Source of the DNA: an uncultured Bacteriovoracaceae bacterium
GTDB taxonomy: Bacteria; Bdellovibrionota; UBA2428
Reading direction: 5' to 3'
Length of the DNA stretch: 64,000 bases
Assembly: GCA_964609695.1 (NCBI GenBank)
Contig: CAZSSP010000007.1
Coordinates: forward strand, 8,926-72,925
Within the stretch, counting starts at the first letter, position 1; the number at the start of each line of letters is the position of its first letter. This document shows positions 48,487-57,936 of this stretch, one piece after another. A program made the position numbers and the translations under genes. A model generated the notes under the pieces. That model did no database searches. It worked only from the letters and a program-made list of their open reading frames with translations, and was not told the DNA's origin.

Positions 48487-49970
48487 GCATATACGTTCTT
48501 CTACTTTTAATTTGTTACGTCATTCGCTTATGGCTTTCGACTTTTAGCGGAATACATCCCGACGAAGCCTATTATTGGACCTGGGCTCAAAATTTACACA
48601 TGGGCTACTTCGATCATCCTCCGATGATTGCCTGGATTATAGCCTTAGGACAAAAAACCTTTTGTCTTTTTAGTGGGCAAAGCTTTCCAAAAGATGAATT
48701 TTGGCTACAAATTTCATTTCGCTGGCTTCCCTACTTTTTCAGCACAGTGCTGACTCCCTACTTCTTAGGATTAAGTATTCGCTTATACCAAAGGCGACTC
48801 GTGAGCTTTACTCAAGGGCTGGCCATACTCAGCACTCCAATTTTTTGCCTAGGACCGCACATCATCACTCCGGATAGTGTATTTTTCTTTGGATGGGTTC
48901 TTTGTTTATACGGAACCATGAAAGTTCGAAAGCTCAGACCCAAAGACGCTGCTCCAGATGAAATCACGCCCTTTTCATTGAAACATTGTTTATTTATGGG
49001 CTTCGCCTTAGCTTTTGCGGCCTATTCTAAATTCACGGCCATACTTCTGATCTTTCTCTATGCTCTCAGTGGCGCTGGCCTTTGGAACACACTCGGTTCT
49101 GGACTCACGGCTCTCATTTTATGTCTTCCCTATTTTTACTGGACAATTAGCACCGCCGCTAAAAAGGGAATTGGAATTTTCTTTCAATTTCAAAATGGAA
49201 TGAATCCATTCAATAGTCCCGTAGAATGGTCGAGAGTAGGCGACCTCATTCTTGCACAATTTGTATTATGGGGGCCTTTAGTTATTCTTTATTTAATCTA
49301 TTTTTCAATTGGGAAACTTCGCAGAAGAGCATGGCTCATCCTTTGGACTATAGCTCCACTCTTATTTTTTTCAATTAGCGCCCTAAGAAGACCCGCTGAA
49401 GCCAATTGGGCCCTTGTAGGAGCCATTCCCGCCTTAGTTATTGTTATTAGTGACTTAAGCAGAAAGGCCATTCAATTAAGTTATTTAAGTATTTCAAATT
49501 TTTTAACTATTTTTCTAGGTCTTATTATTTTAATAAACGGCGCTCTTTTTGCTCCTATCTTTGAAAAATCCTATCCGAGAATTTCTGAGAAACTTTCGAA
49601 ACCCTCACGGATTAATGAATTCCGAGGATGGAAGCGCTTTAGAGAATTTGTATTTGAGGCTTCCAGAGATGATCAAGCTCCAATTCTTGTCGATCGATAT
49701 CAAGTTTTATCCCCATTATTGTTTTTTGATTCCATTGCAGCAGCTGATGAAAGCCTCGGAGAACGTCTAAAAATTTGGAACGATGGTGGATCTCGCAAGT
49801 CTCAATTCACCTTTGAAGAACGCTATCAAATACCACAAGGAACAAAAAATTACTGGATTTTGCTCGACGATCTCAGCAAGAACCCTGCTCATTGTAGATT
49901 TTCACAATCGCTTTTTAGAGGCGTTGAAGATATTCACACTTATCATTTATTAAAATGTTCAATAGAATAA
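48468..49970 (+). CDS. glycosyltransferase family 39 (ArnT/PMT-like) membrane protein
   Basis: HPDEAYYWTWAQNLHMGYFDHPPMIAW motif and a polytopic membrane profile. TTG start; exact start uncertain (48468 or 48483). Confidence 0.8.
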   Translation: MERYPLSIYVLLLLICYVIRLWLSTFSGIHPDEAYYWTWAQNLHMGYFDHPPMIAWIIALGQKTFCLFSGQSFPKDEFWLQISFRWLPYFFSTVLTPYFLGLSIRLYQRRLVSFTQGLAILSTPIFCLGPHIITPDSVFFFGWVLCLYGTMKVRKLRPKDAAPDEITPFSLKHCLFMGFALAFAAYSKFTAILLIFLYALSGAGLWNTLGSGLTALILCLPYFYWTISTAAKKGIGIFFQFQNGMNPFNSPVEWSRVGDLILAQFVLWGPLVILYLIYFSIGKLRRRAWLILWTIAPLLFFSISALRRPAEANWALVGAIPALVIVISDLSRKAIQLSYLSISNFLTIFLGLIILINGALFAPIFEKSYPRISEKLSKPSRINEFRGWKRFREFVFEASRDDQAPILVDRYQVLSPLLFFDSIAAADESLGERLKIWNDGGSRKSQFTFEERYQIPQGTKNYWILLDDLSKNPAHCRFSQSLFRGVEDIHTYHLLKCSIE

Positions 49971-49989
49971 TGAGTCGAAGATTAAAATC

Positions 49990-51141
49990 TTAAGATTTTT
50001 GGATTTCGTGACTACGTTTCCAATTTTTTTCTGGACTAAATCTCCATAAGTAAAAATATCGCGCAGCAAAAGCTATCAAAATATTAGGTATCCAAACAAC
50101 TAACCAGCAAAATAATTCACTTCTTGCCATAGGGAGATGTGTTTTAATCGCCCATGTCACAATTGAAAAATAAAAGGTCCAATATAGAATGAGAATACTT
50201 ATTCCATAAGCCACAGTGCGATTCTTGGCTGTTCGTTGGTTATTCACACTTAAAGAGAATGTGAGCGGCACAAACAAGAAACAAACGAATGCAATCGCCA
50301 AACGTCGTGCCATTTCGACATAGATATTACGAGGATCACCTTCAGGATTATCTAACTCACTTCTACGATGCTTAATTAATCCAGCCAACGACAAGCTTGG
50401 AGGAGAATCACGACTTCGCCCCGCTTCTTGAGAAAAATCAGCATTGATAACATATTCATCGAACAAAATACGCCTGACACTTTGTTGATCCTCTTTTTTA
50501 GAAATAAGGACTCCATTTTTCAATCGCAATTGTGCCCATCCATCTTTGCCAGCAGGAATCCACTCTCCAGTTTTAGAAGAAATTGTAACTTCATTGGCAA
50601 AAGATTTCTCATCGTGCAAAAAAACTCTGTGCAAAAGCCCACTAGGGTCAACTTCGTCTACGAATAAAACCATATTTAAAAAGCCTTCGGCAAAAGTTCC
50701 GGCGCGAATAACGCTTGTAACCTTTTTATTAAAAGCTTCGTCAATAACAGCTTCGAAAGCACGATTTCCTAGTGGAGCTAAAAAAAATCCACAGAGAATT
50801 GTAAACAAACTCACAAGCGCACCAAACTGCATGCAGGGTCGAAGCAATCGCTTCGGAGAATGCCCCATGGCCTGCATCGCCACCATTTCACGATCAGAAG
50901 ACATTCGACCAAAAACTGTTAACAAAGAAAATAAAAATGAAATCGGGAAAATAAGCGGAGTGAAACTCAGCGACAAACCACCCAACATTTTAATAATTGA
51001 GAGTCCATCCAATCCCGACTTAATAATAAGATCTGAGAGTCTAAGAGCTTGTAAGCTTAGCAATAATACGAGAGAGAAAACTCCGCTAAAAATGGTCACA
51101 CGCGTGAGCGAAAGCAAAAAATAGCGATCCAAACGCGACAT
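49990..51141 (-). CDS. LptF/LptG-family (YjgP/YjgQ) permease
   Basis: MSRLDRYFLLSL... start, a 3+3 TM layout with a large periplasmic loop, 383 aa. Confidence 0.8.
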   Translation of the reverse strand: MSRLDRYFLLSLTRVTIFSGVFSLVLLLSLQALRLSDLIIKSGLDGLSIIKMLGGLSLSFTPLIFPISFLFSLLTVFGRMSSDREMVAMQAMGHSPKRLLRPCMQFGALVSLFTILCGFFLAPLGNRAFEAVIDEAFNKKVTSVIRAGTFAEGFLNMVLFVDEVDPSGLLHRVFLHDEKSFANEVTISSKTGEWIPAGKDGWAQLRLKNGVLISKKEDQQSVRRILFDEYVINADFSQEAGRSRDSPPSLSLAGLIKHRRSELDNPEGDPRNIYVEMARRLAIAFVCFLFVPLTFSLSVNNQRTAKNRTVAYGISILILYWTFYFSIVTWAIKTHLPMARSELFCWLVVWIPNILIAFAARYFYLWRFSPEKNWKRSHEIQKS

Positions 51142-51267
51142 TTTTTAATCTTAGAACCCATTTGCTAAATCCACAATAAACTTCGCAAAATCCATGCCTT
51201 ATAATTTCTTTTAAAGCGTCAGAGTTTTTACCCCCTGTCAAAAAATGACTTTGTTAGAATAGAGTTC

Positions 51268-51900
51268 ATGACTCGATCGTCGGTATTAAGAATAAGCGGT
51301 TTTATTATAGGCCTATATTTAAACACACTATCCTTTGCCGGATATTATGAAATGTCGGCCAATGGATCTTATTATAAATATAATAACGGAATTGTAGCAG
51401 GTGACTCGAACTATACGGTCATTCAACGTGTAGGCGGAGGACTGGCCTATAGATTTTTAACAAACACGGCCATCGAATTTGGTTACACAGAATCCAAAAC
51501 TAGAGAAACTATCACTCAGGCGACAGCCGACGGCTCTATTCGACTTCGCTCTACAAAAACATCAACATTTAGGATCCTCTCACTCGATTTAGTTTTATAT
51601 TTTACCGACAAACGTAGTCGCTGGAGACCCTATATAAGAGCCGGCGGTGGATATACCATTCGTCGGGTCAAACTAGAAGGAAAGCAAATTGATGTTCTTG
51701 CTGGCAATGTTGAAACTGGTCTTCAAGCTTCTTCTCCCACAATTTATTCAGTGTCTGCACAAGGGGGCGCTGGTGTGAACGTATTTGTATCCGAACAAAT
51801 CGCACTAGAAGCCAGCTACACTGCTTATGCCACCGAATTAGACAAACCTGAAATATTTATTCACTATTCAATTGCTGGCGGCCTTAGATACATTTTTTAA
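51268..51900 (+). CDS. outer-membrane beta-barrel protein (OmpA-beta-barrel/porin-like)
   Basis: Signal peptide, alternating beta-strand pattern, C-terminal GGLRYIF. Confidence 0.6.
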   Translation: MTRSSVLRISGFIIGLYLNTLSFAGYYEMSANGSYYKYNNGIVAGDSNYTVIQRVGGGLAYRFLTNTAIEFGYTESKTRETITQATADGSIRLRSTKTSTFRILSLDLVLYFTDKRSRWRPYIRAGGGYTIRRVKLEGKQIDVLAGNVETGLQASSPTIYSVSAQGGAGVNVFVSEQIALEASYTAYATELDKPEIFIHYSIAGGLRYIF

Positions 51901-51942
51901 TCAAGCACGTTTTAGTCAAGACTTCTAAGTTTTTAATGATCA

Positions 51943-53226
51943 CTAATTTATTCTTATAGTGAGGCTTGTTCTGCCAAAAGTTTCATTACTCAACTGCTCA
52001 CCTGTTTCATTACGTAGACCTTCCAACTTATTAAATAATTCTCCAGGATCAATGTCTGGCCCGTTAAAAGTGGAAGCATCATTGAGTGCTTCTTTATTCA
52101 CTGGGATATCAATAAAACTCAATTTATCGCCTGAAAAATCGAAGCTCGCAGGAACTCGCCCATCAGACTTACCATCATCTTTCATTCTCATAAGAGGCGC
52201 ATTTCTATAATCAGATTCTCCGCCTGTGTTTGCGTTAAAAGATCGTCCTCCAGCATCTCCACCACTATCTCCGCCAGCTGAATAATCTCCCGGATTATTT
52301 CCACCGCCATCACCACGACCGTCATCACCAGACCCTACCTCGTTCCTATCAGATCCACCATCATCAGCCGGCTGTCTATTTCCCCTATCCTCATTATTTC
52401 CAGCGTTCTCGCCTCTATCGCCCTCTTCATCGCGTCGTCCACCTTGGCCGCCGCGATTATCATTAAAAGAACCTTCTTCGGATTGGAAAGCCCCAGTTTG
52501 CTCATCAACTTGCAAACTTTGAACTTTCTTTTGAATCATAGGATTTTCTGAAATGGGTTGTGGAGCTTCAACCGAAGATTTTCCTCCACCGGCTTCCGTA
52601 AACATACCGGCTTCAACCACTGCACTTTTATTAGACTGATTTGAATCTGAAGATTGGTCAGCATTTGAACTTTTCTTTTCAGTCAACGCTACTACGACTT
52701 TTCCTTTTTCAACCGCAAACTGAGATCTTTTATCGACGGAATTATAAAAAACTGAAAATATAGTTCCTCGAACTCCTGCAACGGCATTCGGCGTGCGAAT
52801 CAAAAATTGCTCTCCACTTTTTCCGCTATAGGACTTTTTTACATTGCTTCTGACGTCTCCATCTTTAAGCATTAACTCAGTGCCAATTGAAGCTTGATCC
52901 ACAGTTGATGTTCGAGACACTACTAATGTGGTGTTTGGACCCAGCACACTTTCGTTTTTCCCTTTAGGTCCGCCCTCAACAAACTCAATTTTCACACGCG
53001 TGTCGGCCAGTGTTTTTAAAGTTTCCCCTATATAAAAGGGAGAGTTTTCTTTAATCTTTCGAGATCTCTTTCCCTCAGTATCGGCAATCACTTGAGACTT
53101 TGAATTTAGAATGAGCATTTTCCCGCGAATTTTTCGGATATAACCCGCTGGAGAATCTTCGGCTCGAAGATTTAAAACAAAGCACGCCCATAGAATAGTG
53201 AATTGAAAAAATCTAAAAATCTTCAC
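51943..53226 (-). CDS. secreted FecR-domain-like protein with G/D/R/N-rich low-complexity region
   Basis: Signal peptide, FecR-like GETLKTLADTRVKIEF...GPNTTLVV and GVRGTIFSV. Residues about 255-338 are a Gly/Asp/Arg/Asn-rich tract. Confidence 0.6.
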   Translation of the reverse strand: MKIFRFFQFTILWACFVLNLRAEDSPAGYIRKIRGKMLILNSKSQVIADTEGKRSRKIKENSPFYIGETLKTLADTRVKIEFVEGGPKGKNESVLGPNTTLVVSRTSTVDQASIGTELMLKDGDVRSNVKKSYSGKSGEQFLIRTPNAVAGVRGTIFSVFYNSVDKRSQFAVEKGKVVVALTEKKSSNADQSSDSNQSNKSAVVEAGMFTEAGGGKSSVEAPQPISENPMIQKKVQSLQVDEQTGAFQSEEGSFNDNRGGQGGRRDEEGDRGENAGNNEDRGNRQPADDGGSDRNEVGSGDDGRGDGGGNNPGDYSAGGDSGGDAGGRSFNANTGGESDYRNAPLMRMKDDGKSDGRVPASFDFSGDKLSFIDIPVNKEALNDASTFNGPDIDPGELFNKLEGLRNETGEQLSNETFGRTSLTIRIN

Positions 53227-53239
53227 AAGACCAATTTTA

Positions 53240-54340
53240 TCAGGAGAGTCTTAAGGAAGAGGCACCAAGAGTTTGACGCTTTTGCTGAGAAGCGAGCTGT
53301 CCGCAAGCCGCTGAAATATCACGGCCTCGGGATTTTCGCACAAAACTGAGTAGCCCTTTTGACATAAGAATTTTCTGAAACACATCCACCCTTTCAGCGC
53401 TGGGTCTCTTATAAGGTGTGTTGGGATTTTCGTTATAAAGTAACAAATTAATTTTACAGGGAACGCCTCGCACCAAACTAATAAGTTCGCGAGCACTTTC
53501 TGGAGAATCATTGAGCCCTTCCATAAGAATGTATTCAAAAGTGACAAGAAAATCTTTTCTTCGCAAACGAGGATAATCTCTAGACGCAATTTCCTTTAAG
53601 GCTCCCATAAGAACCTTTAATGGATAGGCCTTATTGATAGGCATGATTTCGCTACGAACAATATCATTGGAAGCATTTAACGAAACAGCCAAGCGGCATT
53701 TAGACTCTCGCACAAAACGATGAATGGCGGGAACCAATCCACTTGTAGAAACTGTTATTTTTCCGGCACCAATTCCCATGCCATTGGGACTTTGAATAAT
53801 CGTCAGCGCTTTTAATAGATTATCTAAATTATCAAAGGGCTCACCCATTCCCATAACAACAACATTCGTGATTTTATCACTATCAGGAAGCACAAAAAGC
53901 TGTCCGGCAATTTCTCCTGGACTCAAGTCTCGCTCTGTTTTCTGTTGCGCCGTAAGGCAAAATTTACAACCCATACGACAGCCCACTTGCGTGGATATAC
54001 ATACAGTAACTCGTCCCTGATCTTCTTTAGGAATCCAAACAGTCTCAACAGTTTTAGAATCAGAAAGCCTAATCAAAAATTTCTTAGTGCCATCTTCACT
54101 GTTTTCAGAAAATAAAAGTTTTGGAGGAACAATAACGAAATCGTTTTTGAGTTTTTCTCTTAAAGATTTGGCAAGATTTGTCATCTCATCAAAGGAAAAT
54201 TTTTTATGTTTCCAAATCCACTCAAACAACTGAGCCGCTCTAAATTTTGGCTCCTTTAATTGAACAAGCAAAGCTTCTAAGTCGGACAAGCTGTAATTGA
54301 AAAGATTGGGATCGACCCCCGAACTCTTGAGATCAGTCAA
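53240..54340 (-). CDS. rlmN: 23S rRNA/tRNA (adenine-C2)-methyltransferase, radical SAM
   Basis: Radical-SAM cluster motif GCRMGCKFC, MGMGEP, and C-terminal SRGRDISAACGQL. Confidence 0.9.
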   Translation of the reverse strand: MTDLKSSGVDPNLFNYSLSDLEALLVQLKEPKFRAAQLFEWIWKHKKFSFDEMTNLAKSLREKLKNDFVIVPPKLLFSENSEDGTKKFLIRLSDSKTVETVWIPKEDQGRVTVCISTQVGCRMGCKFCLTAQQKTERDLSPGEIAGQLFVLPDSDKITNVVVMGMGEPFDNLDNLLKALTIIQSPNGMGIGAGKITVSTSGLVPAIHRFVRESKCRLAVSLNASNDIVRSEIMPINKAYPLKVLMGALKEIASRDYPRLRRKDFLVTFEYILMEGLNDSPESARELISLVRGVPCKINLLLYNENPNTPYKRPSAERVDVFQKILMSKGLLSFVRKSRGRDISAACGQLASQQKRQTLGASSLRLS

Positions 54341-54409
54341 ATTATTGCGCCTTTCCGCGGACTATTTGTAGCCCTATTTTTAATCTTTTTGATAAACTTA
54401 AGTTTGCTT

Positions 54410-55378
54410 ATGGCGAAGAAAAATACCGCACCGCAGGAAAATACTCAAACAAAATCGATGAGTGGAGATGTAACCCGTATTGCCGACCTAGCTGCGGATA
54501 TCACCCAATTAAACGGTAAGTTAGTCCCAGTTCTTCAAATTAACTCAGGACCGGATCAAGGAAAAATCCTATCCCTGGGCAATAAAACAGAAATTTTCGT
54601 GGGCCGAGCCAATACCTGTGAAATTTCAGTTCAAGACCCCAGCTGCTCTCGCCGTCATGCCCGTATTTTTATAGCTCCTGACGGCCGCGTATTTGTTGAA
54701 GATCTAAACTCTACCAATGGAAGCAAAATCAATGGAAAGCGTGTGGAGGGGCAATACCTCCTTCAAGACGGTGATAACCTTCAATTTGGAGACAACACAC
54801 GGGTCAAATTTGCATTGAGCCTCGAACAAGACGCTCAAGTGCAAATGGATGTTTATCATCGTGCGACTCGCGACATGTTAACCAATGCCTACAATCGTCG
54901 ACGCTTTGAAGAAACACTAGAAAGAGAAATGGCATTTTTGAAAAGAGGTCAAGCTACGGGTCTTGGATTAATTATGTTTGATGTCGATTTTTTCAAAAAA
55001 GTAAACGACACCCATGGGCACCTCGCTGGAGATGCCTTATTGAAAGAAATCGGACTCAGAATTCCTGAACTTATCCGCAAAGAAGATATCTTTGCCCGTT
55101 ACGGCGGCGAAGAATTTGCCATTTTAACTCGCAACGAAACCCTCGATGGACTCAAAATTCTTGCCGAAAGAATTCGCCACGATTTCGAAAGTCGAAATCT
55201 TGTTTACGAAGATAAAACCATTGCTTTTACAGTTTCCATCGGCGTGACATACATTACAAAAGAACAAGATTGCCCCGAAAAAGATGTCTTCATTAAAGCA
55301 GCCGATGACGCTCTTTACGAAGCCAAACACAACGGTAGAAATCAGGTTAGAATAAAAACTTTTTTGAGTCCTACCTAA
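54410..55378 (+). CDS. FHA domain-containing diguanylate cyclase
   Basis: FHA core GRANTCEISVQDPSCSRRHARI...STNGSKINGKRV, then GGDEF domain RYGGEEFA. ATG at 54410. Confidence 0.85.
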   Translation: MAKKNTAPQENTQTKSMSGDVTRIADLAADITQLNGKLVPVLQINSGPDQGKILSLGNKTEIFVGRANTCEISVQDPSCSRRHARIFIAPDGRVFVEDLNSTNGSKINGKRVEGQYLLQDGDNLQFGDNTRVKFALSLEQDAQVQMDVYHRATRDMLTNAYNRRRFEETLEREMAFLKRGQATGLGLIMFDVDFFKKVNDTHGHLAGDALLKEIGLRIPELIRKEDIFARYGGEEFAILTRNETLDGLKILAERIRHDFESRNLVYEDKTIAFTVSIGVTYITKEQDCPEKDVFIKAADDALYEAKHNGRNQVRIKTFLSPT

Positions 55379-56375
55379 TTTGATACGATAGTAACTTCTG
55401 TAAAAACTCAGAGCGAGTAAAACCCATATGTCTTGCAGTTTTTTCTCGATCACCATCAAATTTAGCTAAGTTCTTCTGTATCAAGGATCTTTCATTGAGC
55501 TCTGAACTCACATCAGGCGCTCCGTGCTCAGAAAAAGAACTCTCCGATGGATCTTGAGTATAAAGAATTGGAAGATCTGAGAAATCCCACGAACGCATAT
55601 CACGTCTTTTAAGGAACATATTTCTCATCAACATTTTGAGTTCGTCTAAATTTCGATCCCACATGTGATGACTCACAAAATCCACAAACCATGTTGGAGG
55701 CTGATGAGTGCGACCACTAATTTCAAAACTAAAGGACTGAATAATATCGAGTATGTCTTCGCTTCTTTCTTGCAAAGTCGGCAAAAATACCGCAAATGAA
55801 GTGATCTCATTAAATAAATCTCGAAGAAAAGTACCCTGCATAACCATCAATGATAACGATTTTTCGGTCCCCAAAACTATTCTTGGAATATCCATTAGAG
55901 TTTTAGCTTTTTGCTTTCTAAATTTTAAAAACTTTAAAAGCTCATTTTGTCTTTCAAGACTTAAACGATCTACATTTTCGATATAAATAAGATCAGCATG
56001 TCCATTATGCTTTGGAGAGAAAAATTCTACCCAACCCTTTTGAAGAAATTCTGATTTGTAAACTCGGAGTTGGCCTTGTTTAAGATTATCTAATCGTCGG
56101 TAAAAGTTATGAAGTATAAAATATTCATCGACTAAACGTCGTTTTCCAGTACCACTTTCACCAAACAATAGAATTGGAACATGAGATTGATCGATTAAGT
56201 GAAGCAAATTAGCAAACGAGGCCTGTAGAGAGGGACGCTTGGTTCTTAGTGAACCTAAAAAACCTTCTCGAGCTAACTCTAAAGTTTTCTGTTTAAAGCG
56301 ATCTGCTAATGAAGTTTGAGAAACAGATGATTCTATTCGAGAATTGATCGCGGAAACTTCCGACTTATGTGACAT
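55371..56375 (-). CDS. sigma-54-activator-like AAA+ protein with Fis-type HTH (no receiver domain, no GAFTGA)
   Basis: Walker A FGESGTGKRRL and C-terminal HTH EKTARHMGFTRSEFLQKL. ATG at 56375 preceded by GGAGGA; alternative starts at 56387 and 56417. Confidence 0.7.
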   Translation of the reverse strand: MSHKSEVSAINSRIESSVSQTSLADRFKQKTLELAREGFLGSLRTKRPSLQASFANLLHLIDQSHVPILLFGESGTGKRRLVDEYFILHNFYRRLDNLKQGQLRVYKSEFLQKGWVEFFSPKHNGHADLIYIENVDRLSLERQNELLKFLKFRKQKAKTLMDIPRIVLGTEKSLSLMVMQGTFLRDLFNEITSFAVFLPTLQERSEDILDIIQSFSFEISGRTHQPPTWFVDFVSHHMWDRNLDELKMLMRNMFLKRRDMRSWDFSDLPILYTQDPSESSFSEHGAPDVSSELNERSLIQKNLAKFDGDREKTARHMGFTRSEFLQKLLSYQIR

Positions 56376-56606
56376 TTTATCCTCCATGACCAACTCACTC
56401 TCTATATTCGATCGCACAACTTGTGCTTTAGGCTTTTGCCTTTGACAATATTAAGCAATTTTTGTTCCAAACTTTTGGGCACATAAGTGTCTGAATTTTC
56501 AAGAAGGAAAAAATCTCAAGTGTCTAATGACTCAACACTTTTACTAAAAATGTTGAAAAGTTCGACACTCCCTAAGCTCTCCATTAAATTGATTTTTCGA
56601 GCAGGG

Positions 56607-57191
56607 ATGAGACATCTTAGATTTTTACAACAAAAAGGATGGGCCTTAGTCTTTTTGTGTTGTTGCATGCAAAAAAGCGACTTCGAAATTAAAAAAGAAC
56701 TTGGACTTTCACTCCCCAATAATTTTCTCCAAAATTTCAAACAACAACAGGACAATTGGTGTTGGGCTTCCGCCACTCAAATGGCTATTTTTTTTAATAA
56801 AAATCAATATTGGCCACAATGCCAAATCGTATCCCAAATTCACTCTCTAAATTGCTGCGAAGCCAATCCGGATCCCCGCTGTTCTGAAGCGTATTTTACG
56901 TCAAAATCATTAAAGCATTTTGGCGTGCCTTATCAGCAAAGTGTTCCCGGATTAAGACAAGCTATCCACTCGCTCAATCAAGGATATTGGGTTGTCAGCA
57001 AGTGGCAACACCGTTTTGAACGACGCGCTCACCTCTGGGTGCTTCTAAGCGTCGAAAAGTTCGACAATAATATTTATTTAAAAATATTCGACCCCGAAAC
57101 CGGACTTAGAAAAATCTCCTTAAAAACTGATTTTCTAAATTGGTCCCGCCGCTACCGCTGGAAGGAATCCTTCCTCATCAAAGGCGCTTGA
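56607..57191 (+). CDS. putative papain-fold cysteine peptidase lipoprotein (hypothetical)
   Basis: ATG at 56607 gives MRHLRFLQQKGWALVFLCCC (signal plus lipobox-like). QQQDNWCWASATQMAIFF resembles a Gln...Cys active-site helix of papain-like/C39-like peptidases. Confidence 0.45.
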   Translation: MRHLRFLQQKGWALVFLCCCMQKSDFEIKKELGLSLPNNFLQNFKQQQDNWCWASATQMAIFFNKNQYWPQCQIVSQIHSLNCCEANPDPRCSEAYFTSKSLKHFGVPYQQSVPGLRQAIHSLNQGYWVVSKWQHRFERRAHLWVLLSVEKFDNNIYLKIFDPETGLRKISLKTDFLNWSRRYRWKESFLIKGA

Positions 57192-57200
57192 GTTTCAACT

Positions 57201-57346
57201 GTGCGACTTTAAGAGTGGGTCTTTCATAGCAAGGAATACAAAGAAGTTACCTGATAGGCACAAATCATAACACCCCCCAACTAACCTATTAATAATATTA
57301 GAAAATTAAGGCTAACACCTGACGGCGCCCACTCTTAACGTCGCAC
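57201..57346. repeat. 19-bp inverted repeat pair enclosing about 108 nt in a convergent intergenic region
   Basis: GTGCGACTTTAAGAGTGGG (57201-57219) against CCCACTCTTAACGTCGCAC (57328-57346): 18/19 complementary. Confidence 0.8.
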
Positions 57347-57353
57347 TATGAAG

Positions 57354-57920
57354 CTATTCAAGATTATTTAAATCAACCCTTTTCAAGTCGTCTTTAATGC
57401 CCCAAAGTCGTTTTAATAACCAAGGAGCGCGAGCGCCTGCATAGGCCACGACTAAAAATTTAACAAGTCGACCGACAAAGGTAGCCAAGCAAAATGGTAT
57501 TAGGTGAATTTCAGAAAGACCTGCGATTAAAACAACAGGCTGTTGAGGAAAAGGTGTTGCAGAATAAGCTAATACAAAAAGCCAGCCCCAATGATCAATT
57601 AGATGATTAAATTCGATCCAGTTCTTTGAATGAATGAATTCTGAAAAATGGACATCAATCCAAGGCAAGCCATAATGTCTTGATAAAATAAACAATGCAA
57701 AAGCACCTAAACTAGACCCAAGAGCTCCACAGAATGCCAACCAAAACCATCTTTTTGGAGTGGCCATAGTGCTAGACACTAAAATCCCATCAGTAGGAAT
57801 AAATACTAAAAAAGCATCAGCAGCGGCCAAGACCCCCAATAAAGGAGGAAACCAAAACTTAGAAACATAGCCTTCTAGTGAAGCCAGCCATTTAATAAGT
57901 TTATTTTGAATTGCCGACAT
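57354..57920 (-). CDS. DedA/YqaA-family (VTT domain) membrane protein
   Basis: 188 aa. PPLLGVLAAADAFLVFIPTDGILV and a multi-TM layout typical of YqaA-like proteins. Confidence 0.65.
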   Translation of the reverse strand: MSAIQNKLIKWLASLEGYVSKFWFPPLLGVLAAADAFLVFIPTDGILVSSTMATPKRWFWLAFCGALGSSLGAFALFILSRHYGLPWIDVHFSEFIHSKNWIEFNHLIDHWGWLFVLAYSATPFPQQPVVLIAGLSEIHLIPFCLATFVGRLVKFLVVAYAGARAPWLLKRLWGIKDDLKRVDLNNLE

Positions 57921-57936
57921 CGATTCTCATTCTATC

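Noticed and set aside
50546-51124. 192-aa plus-strand ORF antisense to the LptF/G permease gene. Similar antisense or out-of-frame ORFs occur at 27222-27617, 28119-28454, 44359-44730, 22986-23339, 53251-53589, 55124-55459 and 42731-43018.
   Set aside because: All lie entirely within, or mostly overlap, well-supported conserved genes. They have low-complexity or odd composition and no RBS or start support, so they are shadow ORFs.
56476-56491. Sigma-54 promoter-like TGGGCAC-N5-TGTC, between the bEBP-like gene and the cysteine-peptidase-like gene
   Set aside because: The -12 element is TGTC rather than TTGC (no GC dinucleotide), and the neighbouring activator-like protein lacks GAFTGA. Too weak to call.
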